64,000 nucleotides of DNA from Tetramitus jugosus (taxonomy: Eukaryota; Protista; Heterolobosea): contig OW569355.1 of the NCBI GenBank assembly GCA_937625935.1, forward strand, positions 124,001-188,000, read 5' to 3'. The notes beneath the pieces are model-generated. The model worked only from the letters and a program-made list of their open reading frames with translations. It was not told the origin of the DNA and made no database searches. Below, piece by piece: positions 10,011 to 22,270 of the stretch (positions within the stretch are counted from its first letter, which is position 1; the number at the start of each line of letters is the position of its first letter). A program made the position numbers and the translations under genes.

Positions 10011-11087
10011 TTACGAAGAGTTATTGACGGAACCCTTGATGGTGTATTTTCTGGAATAGTCCTTCTTTTCTGGAGTGTAAAACTCCCAACGACACACTGG
10101 GAACTTGTTCTTGTTCTGCTCGTACCATCTTCTCTCGACAACCTTGGCTGCGTGAGACTCTTCTGTCTCGACTGAAGCGTCAGACACGAGACGAATATCA
10201 TCTCTCACATCAAACAAGAACAATGGACCAGAAACACCTCTTGCCTTACTGATAATCAAATCATAAAATGAATAATGATGCGGTATAATCACATCCTCCT
10301 TAATAAACATGAGATCACTGGCTGCCACTCGTTTCAATTCCTTCCATTCAGGTTGTATCATGTACAAGAAGCTCTCAATCGTAGTTCCCTTCTTGCACTT
10401 GTGACTCTTTCGGTGTCCCGTACCGTCCCAATAAGAATACGTCACATCAATCTCCTCTTGCTTAATTTGTTCTTGTTGTTCCAACCATTGTCTCTTGAGG
10501 ATCTCTCGTTGTCTCTGCTCTTCTTCATCTCTCTCTCTATCGGGCAACAAAATGGAAGAACTAACCGAGGGATCATGCTCCAGTTTTTGCCTCTTTGTTT
10601 CTTCTTGTTGTTGAGTAGCATCCACAGTTGTCTTTTCAGCCGAAGACGACGACGACGATGACAACAACAACAATTGTTGTTCCTCTTGTTCTAAATCTTC
10701 TTGAAAGGACAAGACGTGTTTTTTGAGTTCACGTTTACGCTTTTTTGATTTTTTAGCACCAGCACCACCACTTCCATTCTCACCTCTTGATGCCATCGTC
10801 GTCCCTTGCTGCAGTTTCTGTTCATCAATGAGCTGTTGCTGTTTTTGTTCGAGTTCAATTTGTCTCTTTTGAAAATCTTCCAATGTGACCAGTCCGATCG
10901 TGTCCTTTTTGAGTCTCTCCTCTGCTGCAGTTGCAGAATTTTTTGCAAATTTTGAGGTCATTCCTGCCACCTTTTGTGTTTCATTCTGTAGCTTTTGAAT
11001 TTCTTCATGGTATTTTTGTTGTTGACGAGAACGTTCCTTTTCCAATTGTTTGATTTTGTTGTTGGATGGTCCAATGTAGTCTGCCAT
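10011..11087 (-). CDS. XAP5: XAP5/FAM50 family protein
   Basis: TIGLVTLEDF, YSYWDGTGHR, LMFIKEDVIIPHHYSFYDLI, KARGVSGPLF, ESHAAKVVERRWYE. Confidence 0.95.
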   Translation of the reverse strand: MADYIGPSNNKIKQLEKERSRQQQKYHEEIQKLQNETQKVAGMTSKFAKNSATAAEERLKKDTIGLVTLEDFQKRQIELEQKQQQLIDEQKLQQGTTMASRGENGSGGAGAKKSKKRKRELKKHVLSFQEDLEQEEQQLLLLSSSSSSSAEKTTVDATQQQEETKRQKLEHDPSVSSSILLPDRERDEEEQRQREILKRQWLEQQEQIKQEEIDVTYSYWDGTGHRKSHKCKKGTTIESFLYMIQPEWKELKRVAASDLMFIKEDVIIPHHYSFYDLIISKARGVSGPLFLFDVRDDIRLVSDASVETEESHAAKVVERRWYEQNKNKFPVCRWEFYTPEKKDYSRKYTIKGSVNNSS

Positions 11088-11209
11088 TTTTTGTTGTTAT
11101 TGGTTATGGGTTGTTTTTCTTTTGCGAATTGTTTGTTCGTCGTTTTGATTTATGCATGGTTCAAAGAGGAATATTTTCAATTAATTTTGGCGCCAAACAA
11201 ACAGCGAAA

Positions 11210-12339
11210 ATGCAAAACAACGACCCGATCAGGCATTACGAGAAGAGCAACAATGTGGCAATGAGTGAAGAAGATTTGTTTGAACAAAAGAAACAACAAG
11301 TGTTTGCGCGATTGGCTCAACGTCACGAAAAATATAAGAGCTCAATCACTGACGAAGAAAATGAACACAATAATGATAAGGAAGATGAAAACTCTGCGAT
11401 TACAAAATTCTGGAATGATTTTAATCACCTGAGTCAAAGTATGTTTGTTTTTGTTGTTTTGTCAAGGAAAATACTCGCTTACAAAAAAGTTTACAATGAA
11501 TGAACAAAGATGTAAGTTTTACGATTGACAATGTGGATCGCAATGTGTGTATAAAGGAGGCAATGCAAAATCTTTTGAATGCTCATATGCACTTGTTGAT
11601 GCCGTATGATATTCGTCAAGCGGATGAGAAGATTAAGATGTTTGAGAATCAGATTCAAGAGTCGCGGAATGCCAAAATGAAGAAGACAAAGTTTTCCTTT
11701 TCTTCGAGAAAGTCTGCTCCAGTGTCTTCGAGTGCAATGAAACCAGAAGTCACTTCGAATGTGTCGTCGAGTCGAACACAGATATCGTCTTCACAACAGT
11801 TTGTCATTCCCGACAGAGCCAAATCGTTTTGCGCGATTAATGATAAGCACTTTGTTATTACGGCTCCCGTGTATGGCAACGACGAAGAAAAGTTAGAAAT
11901 TAAGCCTGATGATGACATTGTTTTGTCTGATTGCGAGAATGCTACGATTACGATGTGTTGTGTCCTTGGTGCTGCATATTTGAAGAACCTAACGAATTGC
12001 AAGATATTGCTTGGCCCGATCAAAAGCTCTATCTTTATTCAAAATTGTACAAATTGTGTGTTTGCTCTCGCATCGAAGCAAATTCGAATCCACACATCCG
12101 AGAACTGTGACTTTTATGTTTTTGCTAGGAGTAATCCAATCATCGAACACTGTAAGAATGTTCGATTTGGCGCTTACAATCTCCACTATAAAGGAGTAGA
12201 AAACCAATTTACCATGGCTAATTTTGATTACTCAACGAACGATATGTGGAACGAAGTGAAGGACTTTAATTGGTTGGGGTCAACAAAATCTCCCAACTGG
12301 TCCACCATCGAGAATACTCTGCCAATACGACTTGAATAA
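11210..12339 (+). CDS. TBCC: Tubulin-specific chaperone C; 2 exons (intron 11439-11509)
   Basis: LMPYDIRQ, KTKFSFSS, C-CAP domain (QIRIHTS, SNPIIEHC, WNEVKDFNWL); the GTATGT...AAG intron restores frame. Confidence 0.9.
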
Positions 12340-12349
12340 ACTTAGAAAT

Positions 12350-15300
12350 TTATCCTCCTTCAAGGCTTTGCGATTTGTAGTTCCAAATTCCACCTTTGGG
12401 AGTTATCTCTTTCATCCTCCGATTTCTGCTCAGCAATTCAGGTTCGAAGGTGCATTGATCCAGTTCGTCTTGTTCCTTCACTTGTTTAGCAAGCTCAATA
12501 CGCTGTCTCTTTTGTTGTTCAGCGGCATGCAACTCCTCATACCGGTGGAGCTGTCCATCCTTCCTTTCTAACCTTTGTTTGTCTAGTTCTTTTGAGCGTG
12601 CGTTTATCCTTGGTTGGAAACGCAATTCTTTTCGAACTTCATTCTCGATCATACCAAACTGAAATTGATTTTGAAGCAGCTTGATTTCTTGTGATACTGC
12701 CTCTACATTGATCGACTCATTACTGTACAATATTCTTTCAAATTGAGAAAAGGACAACGAAATGTCACCCAGGCTACTAAGTACATCAACAACATTCTCC
12801 AGTGCTCCTCCCTCAGGTAAGTTGAGCTTTCTAACCATTTGTTTGAGAGTATTGGGATGTATTTTTGCATCCCTGAAACTATCTTCGAGGAGAAAATACT
12901 TATAGAGAGAGAAAAGTCTCTTTCTCTTCATCTCCTTCATAATTTGATCACTCTTCTGGTTTGTGAAAACAGATTGGTGTTTGTCCCGTATGTAGTTTTC
13001 GTATTGCTCCCCAACAAAACGTTTCCTATCTCGTTCCTCTTTACTTCTTTCGTACAAAAGCTCGCCTCTGTCTACGCTTGTCCGCAAAATGTTGGATGAG
13101 GGGTTAATCGCAGGTTTAAATGTGGCATTCTCCTCTTTGAGCAATTGATCTCTAATGGTTTCCATGTGTATGTCCTTGTTTTTAGTAGATGATATCATCC
13201 TTTTCACGAATTCGCTCTCCTGCTGCTTCGAAATGTATGTGCTTGACGAAGGAACAGAAACTTCGCTCTGTGTGTCATCTTCTGCCTCCCGCTCTATCTT
13301 CCGTTCTTTTGCATGTTTGTACAACTGTTCGTATATCTGTGAATCTCGTTGCCCCATTCTCTTGGCTGCTAATTCCTGACTAACTCTATTGATCTGTGGT
13401 GCGAACGTACAATCTTTAAACTTCTCTCTTTCGTACTTTTCTCGGTCTAATTCTTTCCGAATTGTTTGACGGGTGTAAGTTAACATTGAATCATCAGCAA
13501 CCTTGACATGTGTTCCTTTTGTCAGAGTTCCTTTATCTTCGCTCTCCTCAGACGCTTGACTTTGTACGGGAAGCATTGATAGTCTCTCCCATATTCGAGA
13601 TTCTTTCGAACTCTCCCTTCGTTTTTCGATCGCAAGACGTTTTGACATATCACTAATTTCAGGGCCATCTCTCAGATGGTTGATCTCGATTTCATACTTT
13701 TTCCTTCTCTCCTGATCTGCCCAAGCTTCGATTCTTTCTTTGTGGTGCTTACCCTCTGAATAAAGTCTGTCCCAACATTGATTAGTGCTCGCCCTTCTCT
13801 TTTCTTTTTGTTGACTAGACCCAATCGAGAATTGAGGTGTCGATGGACGACTAATGTTTCGACTTGAGGACCAATCCATGCTAGTAGTTCTATTTTCTAA
13901 TCTGGTAGTTGAAGAAGATCTTCTAGGTGTTTGAACAGATTGAGAAGCTTGTGTTCTCCAATTACTTTGTCTTACACCTCTTGGAGGATCCGATACGGCG
14001 TGATTTCCCATCACTTGTCTCATGATTTCTCGGTGTCTCTCGAGTTTCTGTCTTGCTAATTGACTGCGCAATGTCTGAGGATCCGATAAATGGATATTTT
14101 CTTTCATACTCTCTTCATCAACTTTCCTCGATATAGTCTCTTTGCTAGGACTATGTTCATTTCTTGAACTCTTTTCAATTTGATCCAACTTTGACTTTAA
14201 TCTTTCACTGTATCCTCTCTCGTCAATTGCAGATCTCACAGGTATAGTAGGTGGTTTTGACCATATATCAGTTCCAACCTTCACAGATTGAGTACTCAAA
14301 TGGAAACCAATGAAATGATCAACAAGGTAATGAGCCATCCATCATGTCGTATCACTTCATCTAGAAGTTCCAATTCCCTTTCATACTTCCTCTTGTTCAT
14401 TTTCATGGCTCTTATCTGCTCCTCTAATAACTGTGCTTTCTGTCGCTCGACAAGATCTACCTCAGAAATACTTGTACTCTCTTCGTCATCAGTCACTAAA
14501 TTAATTGTGCAAACATCAATCTTATCTTCACTTATGGTAATTTTCTTTGATTTCTCATTACTACTCATCTTCCTTATACTTACAGTTCTAGTCTTTGTGG
14601 ATGCACTCAAGTTTGGTGTTCTTGCCCTAACATTCTTTGCAGTTTCAATGGCTTTCTTCTTGCTAGTACCCCCTGGTCGCTCAGGTGGTTCTTTCTTTTT
14701 TGACGGAACACTCTTTGCTGTAGAGTTGTCCTTGATTTGAGCTACTTCATTAGGAACTTTTTTGGACCGAGACTCTTTCTGGTCCTTTTCTTCCGTTCGA
14801 ACATCTTCATTGTTTTTATCGTCTGATTCCTCATCTTGCAACATCTCGTCAAAACACTCCAGATTCTCAATATCATCATCTCTTGATTCTAGTTCCCCTT
14901 TCTCCCTCTGATTAGAAGGATCATATGTGTCACAATCTATTCCGTCTATTCGCAAATTTGTTGCTGTTAACTCATCTTTTTCAATCTGATTTGTGGGTAT
15001 ATTGACCTCTGACTCCTGGATCAACTCCTCCATCTGGTCTGTAAGGCAACTACCGGTCTCTCTGATACATGTGTTTGAATATTCTTCTTCCTTAACCTGG
15101 TCTCTTCTTTCTTCGGAAGTAGGAATCGAAGTGTCTACGACTTCTTTCGGTATCAGATTAGAATTCAAGAACGACCTCTCTGTGTAATATGGTTTATCAT
15201 CTAAACTTGGAGGAGTTTTTATTTCTTCTGGGTCATCCTCGATCGTTTCAGCAACCATAAAATCATCTACATAAGAGCTACTGTACAAACCCACAGCCGA

Positions 15301-15433
15301 GTCGACCTGAGGTGCTCCTTGTTGTTCCTTGTGTTTCTTTTTTTCTGAAACCAAGCAAGATTAGCTCCCAATTTCTTCTCGAGATTGAATCATAGTTCTA
15401 CTTACTCTGTAGTTTCTTAAACAAACTATTCAT
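12350..15433 (-). CDS. Large charged protein with TFxPxIN repeats; 3 exons (introns 15345-15405 and 14279-14355)
   Basis: ATG at 15433; a GTAAGT...TTTCAG intron joins the 14296-15354 frame, and a GTGATA...GAAG phase-0 intron joins the 12350-14338 frame. Repeats TFAPQIN, TFKPAIN, RFQPRIN, TFEPEL. Confidence 0.7.
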
Positions 15434-15576
15434 AAATACTATCGATGGGTCCAAAAAAGGATCGATAATTGCTGTGCAAATTTCTGCTGAAATTTTTGTG
15501 AAGAATCGAGCGTAACAGAAGAAAATAGGCGGGAACCATCAATCAGTGCATTTACGGCTGAAATTATTGGCAAGTA

Positions 15577-17070
15577 TTACATAGCAGATTTGGTAGTCGA
15601 AGCAGCTGAGCCACTACTGCTACTTGATGCAGCCCCTCTCTGTTGCTCCAAGTCCTCTAATCCATAGAGATCCTTGTGAGCACCACTATACCTAAAGTCC
15701 TTGAATGGATTCGTTTGTGACTTCTCTTCTACTTCGGACGCTGGTTGATCTTCTTCGTCATCACTGTCCACAATGTTCTTAAAGTTGGAAGTATCGTACT
15801 TGTCCTTGATCTTAGGGACAATAGGAGGCTTCTCATTCCGAATCAGTGCCCAAGTAATACCCTTGAAGAATGGATGCTCCTTGATGTCAGCAGCACCATA
15901 CTTGTGACCCAATCTCTTGTTTTGATCCGAGACGAGCAATTTCTTGATCAAATCTTTGCATGGCTTGGATACGGGGATATTGGTTGGAAATTCCAACTTC
16001 TTGTGCAAAATGTGAGAAAAGGTTTCATTTTGACTTCGGCCCTTGAACGGTGTCGTTCCAAACAGCATCTCATACATTAAAATACCAAAGGTCCACCAGT
16101 CGACAGAAGACGAGTGACCATATCCAGTAATCACCTCTGGTGCAATGTACTCTTCTGTTCCTACGAATGAATTGAATTGCTCCAAGACCTTGGTATCGAC
16201 CTTGCCAGACTTTCTAGAGGAGAACATGCTCTTGATAAACTTTGGGTTTGCTTGGGTAACGGTCGATTTGGACAAATCAAAATCAGTCAATCGAATATGA
16301 CCAGTGTGATGCACCAAAATGTTCTCTGGTTTCAAATCTCTGTAAATGAACCCCATCATGTGCAAGTACTCGAGTGCCAACAACACTTCTGCGGCATAGA
16401 AACGAACAGCAGCCTCTGGCAAGCACTTTCCAGGCTGTCTCTCCAACATTCTAAAGAACTCTCCACCGGCACAGTACTCCATCACAAAATACAAGCGGTC
16501 CTTGCTGGGAAAAGACGCGTAGAGTGAAACAATAAATGGGTGATCGGTCGTTGCCAAAATTTCTCTCTCGGTCAACACTCGCTTGACCTTATTTCGCTGA
16601 ATCATGTCCTTCTTCTTCAAAACCTTCATGGCAAACAATTTTCCAGTGTTCTTCAATCGAACGAGATACACCTTACCGACATCACCTCTGCCCAATAACT
16701 TCAACTTTTCAAAATTGGACGGTTGAAGGTTTCGGTAGTCAATCGCCTGTTCAAACTCTTCGAGATTGTTAGTGGATCCACTTCTGGCCATTTCACTCAC
16801 CACTTTTTTCTCAAAGGCAGCAGCGTTCATCAATCCCTTAAAGTCACTCGTGTCCAAATCAGATAAATCAATGGATTGTTGTGATGCTTGTGCCGATGAT
16901 GACGATGAAGAAGTATTCGTATTGTTGTTGGTATTGGTGTTGGTAGTAGTGGTGGAGCTTGTTGGAGTCTGTGGAGTTGTATTGTTGGGCTGTTGTTGTG
17001 GTTGTGGTTGTGGTTGCGGTGGATGATGACCGGTCAGCGTATTGGCCAAAGTAGAAAGAAATGAGGTCAT
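15577..17070 (-). CDS. AGC kinase of the Kin82/Fpk1/nrc-2/phototropin (AGCVIII-like) type
   Basis: [24 protein letters not shown] (DFD in place of DFG), [13 protein letters not shown]. Confidence 0.92.
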   Translation of the reverse strand: MTSFLSTLANTLTGHHPPQPQPQPQQQPNNTTPQTPTSSTTTTNTNTNNNTNTSSSSSSAQASQQSIDLSDLDTSDFKGLMNAAAFEKKVVSEMARSGSTNNLEEFEQAIDYRNLQPSNFEKLKLLGRGDVGKVYLVRLKNTGKLFAMKVLKKKDMIQRNKVKRVLTEREILATTDHPFIVSLYASFPSKDRLYFVMEYCAGGEFFRMLERQPGKCLPEAAVRFYAAEVLLALEYLHMMGFIYRDLKPENILVHHTGHIRLTDFDLSKSTVTQANPKFIKSMFSSRKSGKVDTKVLEQFNSFVGTEEYIAPEVITGYGHSSSVDWWTFGILMYEMLFGTTPFKGRSQNETFSHILHKKLEFPTNIPVSKPCKDLIKKLLVSDQNKRLGHKYGAADIKEHPFFKGITWALIRNEKPPIVPKIKDKYDTSNFKNIVDSDDEEDQPASEVEEKSQTNPFKDFRYSGAHKDLYGLEDLEQQRGAASSSSSGSAASTTKSAM

Positions 17071-17491
17071 GATGCTTGTCGTGTCAGATGGTAAAACTGG
17101 CGGTCGTTAGGAGGTTTTTTTTCTGTTGTAAAAGTGAATATTGTTGTTATTGATATTATTATTGTTGGTGGTTTGTCCTCGGTCTTTTTGTTTGTTGGAC
17201 TCTCTGCAAGTTACACGTGCGAACAAGTGGGATGAAAGTTTTTTTGCTGTGTCTTTTTTTTCTCCGTGCGTGTTATTGTTTGAAGTGACTTCAGGCAACC
17301 CAGTTTTCAAGACCGACTTGGACGTGAAAATAAGCTTAATTTTAGAGCTGAATCGATAATTGTAATAGATTCTCCGATATTTTCATTGGAGGTTCAAAAT
17401 CAGGAGGAAACTTCGCTCCATATCACACACAAAACAAGAATCAAAGAAAAAACAAACAGAAACAAGACCACACATACATCTTAATACTTTC

Positions 17492-17836
17492 ATGTCAGTT
17501 CAAAATTTGCAAACCTACGACCCATTCAAGGACACCGACGACTCATTCGCCAGTAACGCCATCAAGGGATTGCAACAACAACACATCCACATTAGAGTTC
17601 AAAAGAGAACAGGTAAGAAGACACTGACCACTATTCAAGGCTTGCCAGAGGAGCTTGACTTTAAGAAAATTGTAAAGGCATTCAAGAAGGAATTCTGTTG
17701 CAATGGAACCATTGTCGATGATGATGAATTGGGTAAGATTATTCAGTTGACTGGTGATCAAAGAGAGAGCGTTTCAAAGTTCTTGATTGAAGAAGGAATC
17801 TCCACCAAGGGATCTATCAAGATTCACGGTTTCTAA
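17492..17836 (+). CDS. SUI1: Translation initiation factor eIF1/SUI1
   Basis: IHIRVQKRTGKKTLTTIQG, KKEFCCNG, IIQLTGDQR, IKIHGF. Confidence 0.97.
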   Translation: MSVQNLQTYDPFKDTDDSFASNAIKGLQQQHIHIRVQKRTGKKTLTTIQGLPEELDFKKIVKAFKKEFCCNGTIVDDDELGKIIQLTGDQRESVSKFLIEEGISTKGSIKIHGF

Positions 17837-18607
17837 ACAAAACCAATTTGCTCTCAAAGGTTCAAACGGGAGAGAGAAGATGCTTCCGATGGAACGTATC
17901 TCACACTGAGGAGCATCCTTACTCTCTTGACTACTTTTAATTGTTGTTGTTCACATATGAGAGAGAGAGATGGTGTTTGAATCTTGTGATGGCAGTTGGT
18001 GGTGCTGTGTTTTGTTGTCATGACATGATTTTTTTATTTTCACAACATGCGCGACACACTGTGATTGAGAAATGCGACAACAACTGCCACAACTACAAGA
18101 CACTACCCTTTTGTTGATGGTAATGATATAATAGATGATGGAAAAGATGTTGAAACATACCATTCCCTCGAGCCACATAAATTGACAAAATCTAAATTTG
18201 ACTTGTGCCACAATCTATTTTTCTCCTACTTCCAAAAAGATTTTTTACTGTTTGTGACTTTTGGGCTCAACCAGATGCCCAATCTTCCAAGGACGAACAA
18301 TTGCAAGTTCTTTGTTCTCCTTCGTTTCTTCTTCTTCACGTCCTCACAATAACTCACAACAACATAAAAAAACGAGCTAATTCCCATATTTTCTGCTCCT
18401 TGGTTTCTGAACCACGCAAAACAACAGTCAGTGAAAAAGAAGACTCTCAAACTGCAGTAAAAAAGCAGCAAAAAACATCACGAACCGGTTTTTTCAGGAG
18501 TGAATTCGGCGATAGAAAATAACAATCATCATCAGCAATCATTTGATTCGCAGCAAACCATCATCAATAACTATTGACAGCAACAACAACAACAACAAAA
18601 ATAAAAA

Positions 18608-21600
18608 ATGGCAGAGGACAATGTGGAAGATCCACATGGTCGCTATTTAAGAGTATGTCCTCACCCGTTTTTCTTCAAGATATTTCACACATGTGTGATT
18701 CAAAGGAAGAGACACTAACAACGATAACAACAACAACGATAAGCAGAGAGAATTGATTGGTACTGGTGCATTCAAATCAGTGTTCAAAGCTTATGACAGT
18801 GAAGAGGGAATTGAAGTGGCATGGAATCAAGTTCGATTGCACAAGGTGCAACCACAACAAAAAGCAAAGATTCTGGGTGAAATTACGATATTGGAGCAAG
18901 TGAAGCACGCACACATTATGGAGATTTATGACTCTTGGGAGACTGTTGATGGACATTACGTCGTGTTCATCACTGAGATTATGTCAATGACATTGAAAGA
19001 GTATGTGTTTTTTATGCACTTGATGTGTTATTCTTGATTGTTATTATAATGGATGATTGAGAGAACTATGAGAGCTAAAGTTTCAAATGATTCATTCGAA
19101 AAAAAACATGTGACGAAAAAAAACACTCTTATTCAAACCGATCCAACAAAGCTTTGTGAGAAAGGCGAAAAAAGTGAGGCTTAAGAATGTGAAAAAATGG
19201 GCATTACAAATTCTGCAGGGATTAGATTACTTACACAGTCATGATCCACCTATTATTCATCGAGATTTGAAGTGTGACAATGTTTTTATGAATACGAATC
19301 GGGGTGAAGTCAAAATTGGTGATTTGGGATTGTCCATATGCATGAAGGATAAAAAGTTTGCAGTTTCTGTGATTGGAACTCCAGAGTTTATGGCTCCCGA
19401 GTTGTATGAGGAGTTGTACGATGAAAAAGTGGATATTTATGCGTTTGGAATGTGCTTTTTGGAGATGGTAACGGGGGATTACCCTTATAGTGAATGTGTG
19501 ACCGCTGCACAAGTGTACCGAAAAGTGACTCAGGGGACGAAACCTGAGGGCATTAAGAAAATACCAAACGACACCGTGAAGGACTTTATTTATTTGTGTT
19601 TGAGTCATAAGGATGTTAGACCTTCTGCCAAAGAGCTAATGTCTCACCAATTGATGGTTGATGATACTTTGGATGATCTCGTTTTTAATTTGAGCAGTGG
19701 TACGTGAATGCAATGTTTTTATTTTTTGTTTGAGTGTTGTGTAGTTCACCATATGGACGAGTATCAATAATGACTAAGACGATTTCATTTTTGCTGATTC
19801 ACAATATAGAATCCGATACGCAGGAGCGTATTTCCGAGTTTATTGCCATGAATCATAGTACAGTTCATCACCCTCCACAGCAACCTGTGGCAAGTATCTT
19901 GGACAACGAACCAGAAGAGGGAGAAACTTCTGCATTTGATGGTGAGTCTACTCCTCTCAGCGCAAGGAGAATTACTTCAGACGAAGATGTTGATATGTCT
20001 GAGCCATCAAATCCATTTACAGATGATGCCAGTGAATCGGTTACCCGTGTCGTACTCGTAGAGAATTCGTTGCAAGATGATGAAGTCTTATTAAAGTTAT
20101 ACCTCAAGTTGGGACATGGATATAAAGAGGTTAAATTCCCATTCCATCTCAGTCTTGATACTCCTCAAGCAGTTGCCAAAGAGATGGTGATGGCTTTGAA
20201 CTTGTCGGATCTTCATTTTACCATGATTGCAAATGGTATTGCTGATACGTTAACACAGGCTAACTTGGTATCGGCACACAATGGAAGGATTACAACTATC
20301 ACACAGGCAATCGAAGAGAATAATTCTCAGATTATTTTCACTCAAACTACAGTCGATCCCCATGCAAGCACAGATACTACATCAACGGTTAGTCAGGACA
20401 ATGACATAAGCAAAGCTGTTGATATGATGCTGATTGATACAAGTCCAACTACGCAGCAGTTGATGGAACATGAATTACCTAGTTCGATCTCTCATCACAA
20501 TACGTCTATTCACCTAGAGATGAACGACAATAAGCAGGCTATTCCAACCACTACGCTCAATACTACAACCACAGTTACTGTTGTACCAAATCCTAATCCG
20601 ACAAACCCAAATAGTATTTTGGAAAGTTTAGTAGACAAAATGAGGAATGATGTTGCTTCGACAAAGGGTCACTCATCAGGTTCACACACACAGTCTCCGT
20701 CATCCCCTCAAAAAACTGGTGCAGTTCAACAAGAAAAACCATATGTTAAGAATGAGGAGATCGCTGAGCCTGTGACTAATCCGGCAAAGGGTGGTGAAGG
20801 TATCAAGCAATCTGGCACTTCACAACCACTTAAAATTGACATACCAACAAAGGAGAGTGAAATAGTATCGAACGAAGCCTTTGAAACATGGCAAAAATTG
20901 GCCAGGCAGCACAAAGAGGAGAGGGCTGCATTAGAGGAGCGACACAGACATCAAAGAGAGGAGTTTAAGAAAAAGTTTCCCACTTTTGTAATTCCTGCCA
21001 GTCCTTCACACTTTGAAGCCCCAACTCCAAGTAGTCCAGGTGATTCTGAAAATCGAGTAACAGTCATTCCAACAAAGAAATTTTCGAATCTGACAAATAA
21101 GGTTATTTCTGATATTGCAGCAAGTATATCCAATGACCTCTCGAATAACAGTGCTGCTAAAGACAATAACAATTTGATAACGACAACAACCATTGTGAAC
21201 AATCTAAACAAGAAGGTTAGCGACACAGGAACAAGTGTGTACAAGATTATGACAACATCTATGCAGACTACCTCCTCTGCTGGTCCTGGTATCCAGAATC
21301 TTACTCTCGCGCAACTCCGAAAACTAAATGGACTACCAAGCTCAGTACAAACACCAACCACGGCCTCCTCGCTTGTTCATCCCTTCCAGAACAAGGGTAA
21401 TCTGTCAAGCAAAAGCACTGGTCAGTTAGATGTGAACATTAATTTGTTATTGCAGAATGCTCCTGCTTCTGAAAACAAGACAAATTTTGAAAGCAAGGTC
21501 ACTGGATGCGATGATCTCTCTTCGTTGATAAGCAAAAATTTGACATCCTTGTCATTGAAAACCTCGAATCCAGTTTTGCAGACACACCAACATCAGCATC

Positions 21601-21881
21601 AAATACCCTTGAATGGTTCTCAACAGTCTCCCCCACTACTCAGTAGTCAGACATCTGTTGGAAAACCATCATCATCTGCATCCGTGCAAACGGGAGTTGT
21701 GAGCAACTCGTCCACCGAGAGCATGGGCCCAAAGACTGCCACAAGTAATAGTTCACAGTCCTCGGTCAACACAGTCACCTCTCCAACCAATCAACAGTAC
21801 CTGAGTCAAAAGAATGCAACTATATCAAACACGAAATTCGGTACTGATCGATCAAGCACGAAGGATGTAACTGGATCGTAA
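18608..21881 (+). CDS. WNK: WNK kinase; 4 exons (introns 18653-18743, 19001-19151, 19700-19809)
   Basis: [41 protein letters not shown]; post-kinase [21 protein letters not shown] domain; GT-AG introns all frame-consistent. Confidence 0.93.
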
Positions 21882-22270
21882 GTCTGATTGGCACACGACA
21901 ACGATGAGATGACTTTGCTACGTAGATGGACAAATAGGATTGCCGTCAGACTCTTAGCTAATATTTATTTGTTTCTGCAGCTATGCTCCACCTGTAAAAG
22001 CGAACCTCTAACAACTGTCCCTGTAAAATATACCAAACAATCAAACTCTTCTTCTGCCCATTGTATCTCATGCCATTTTGTCCGAGACCGAGACTTCGGA
22101 GAGTTCTCCAACTCATCCATCAATTGTTTTGACTATTTCCCCGAGACACTTGAAGCTCGTTATCAAAAACATTCGGTCGGCATGGGTTTATCTCCTTGAG
22201 CATCCCACTAACAACACAGGATAGAGAGCACCAACACACACATTTATCATCATCATCGTCATCGATTCAC

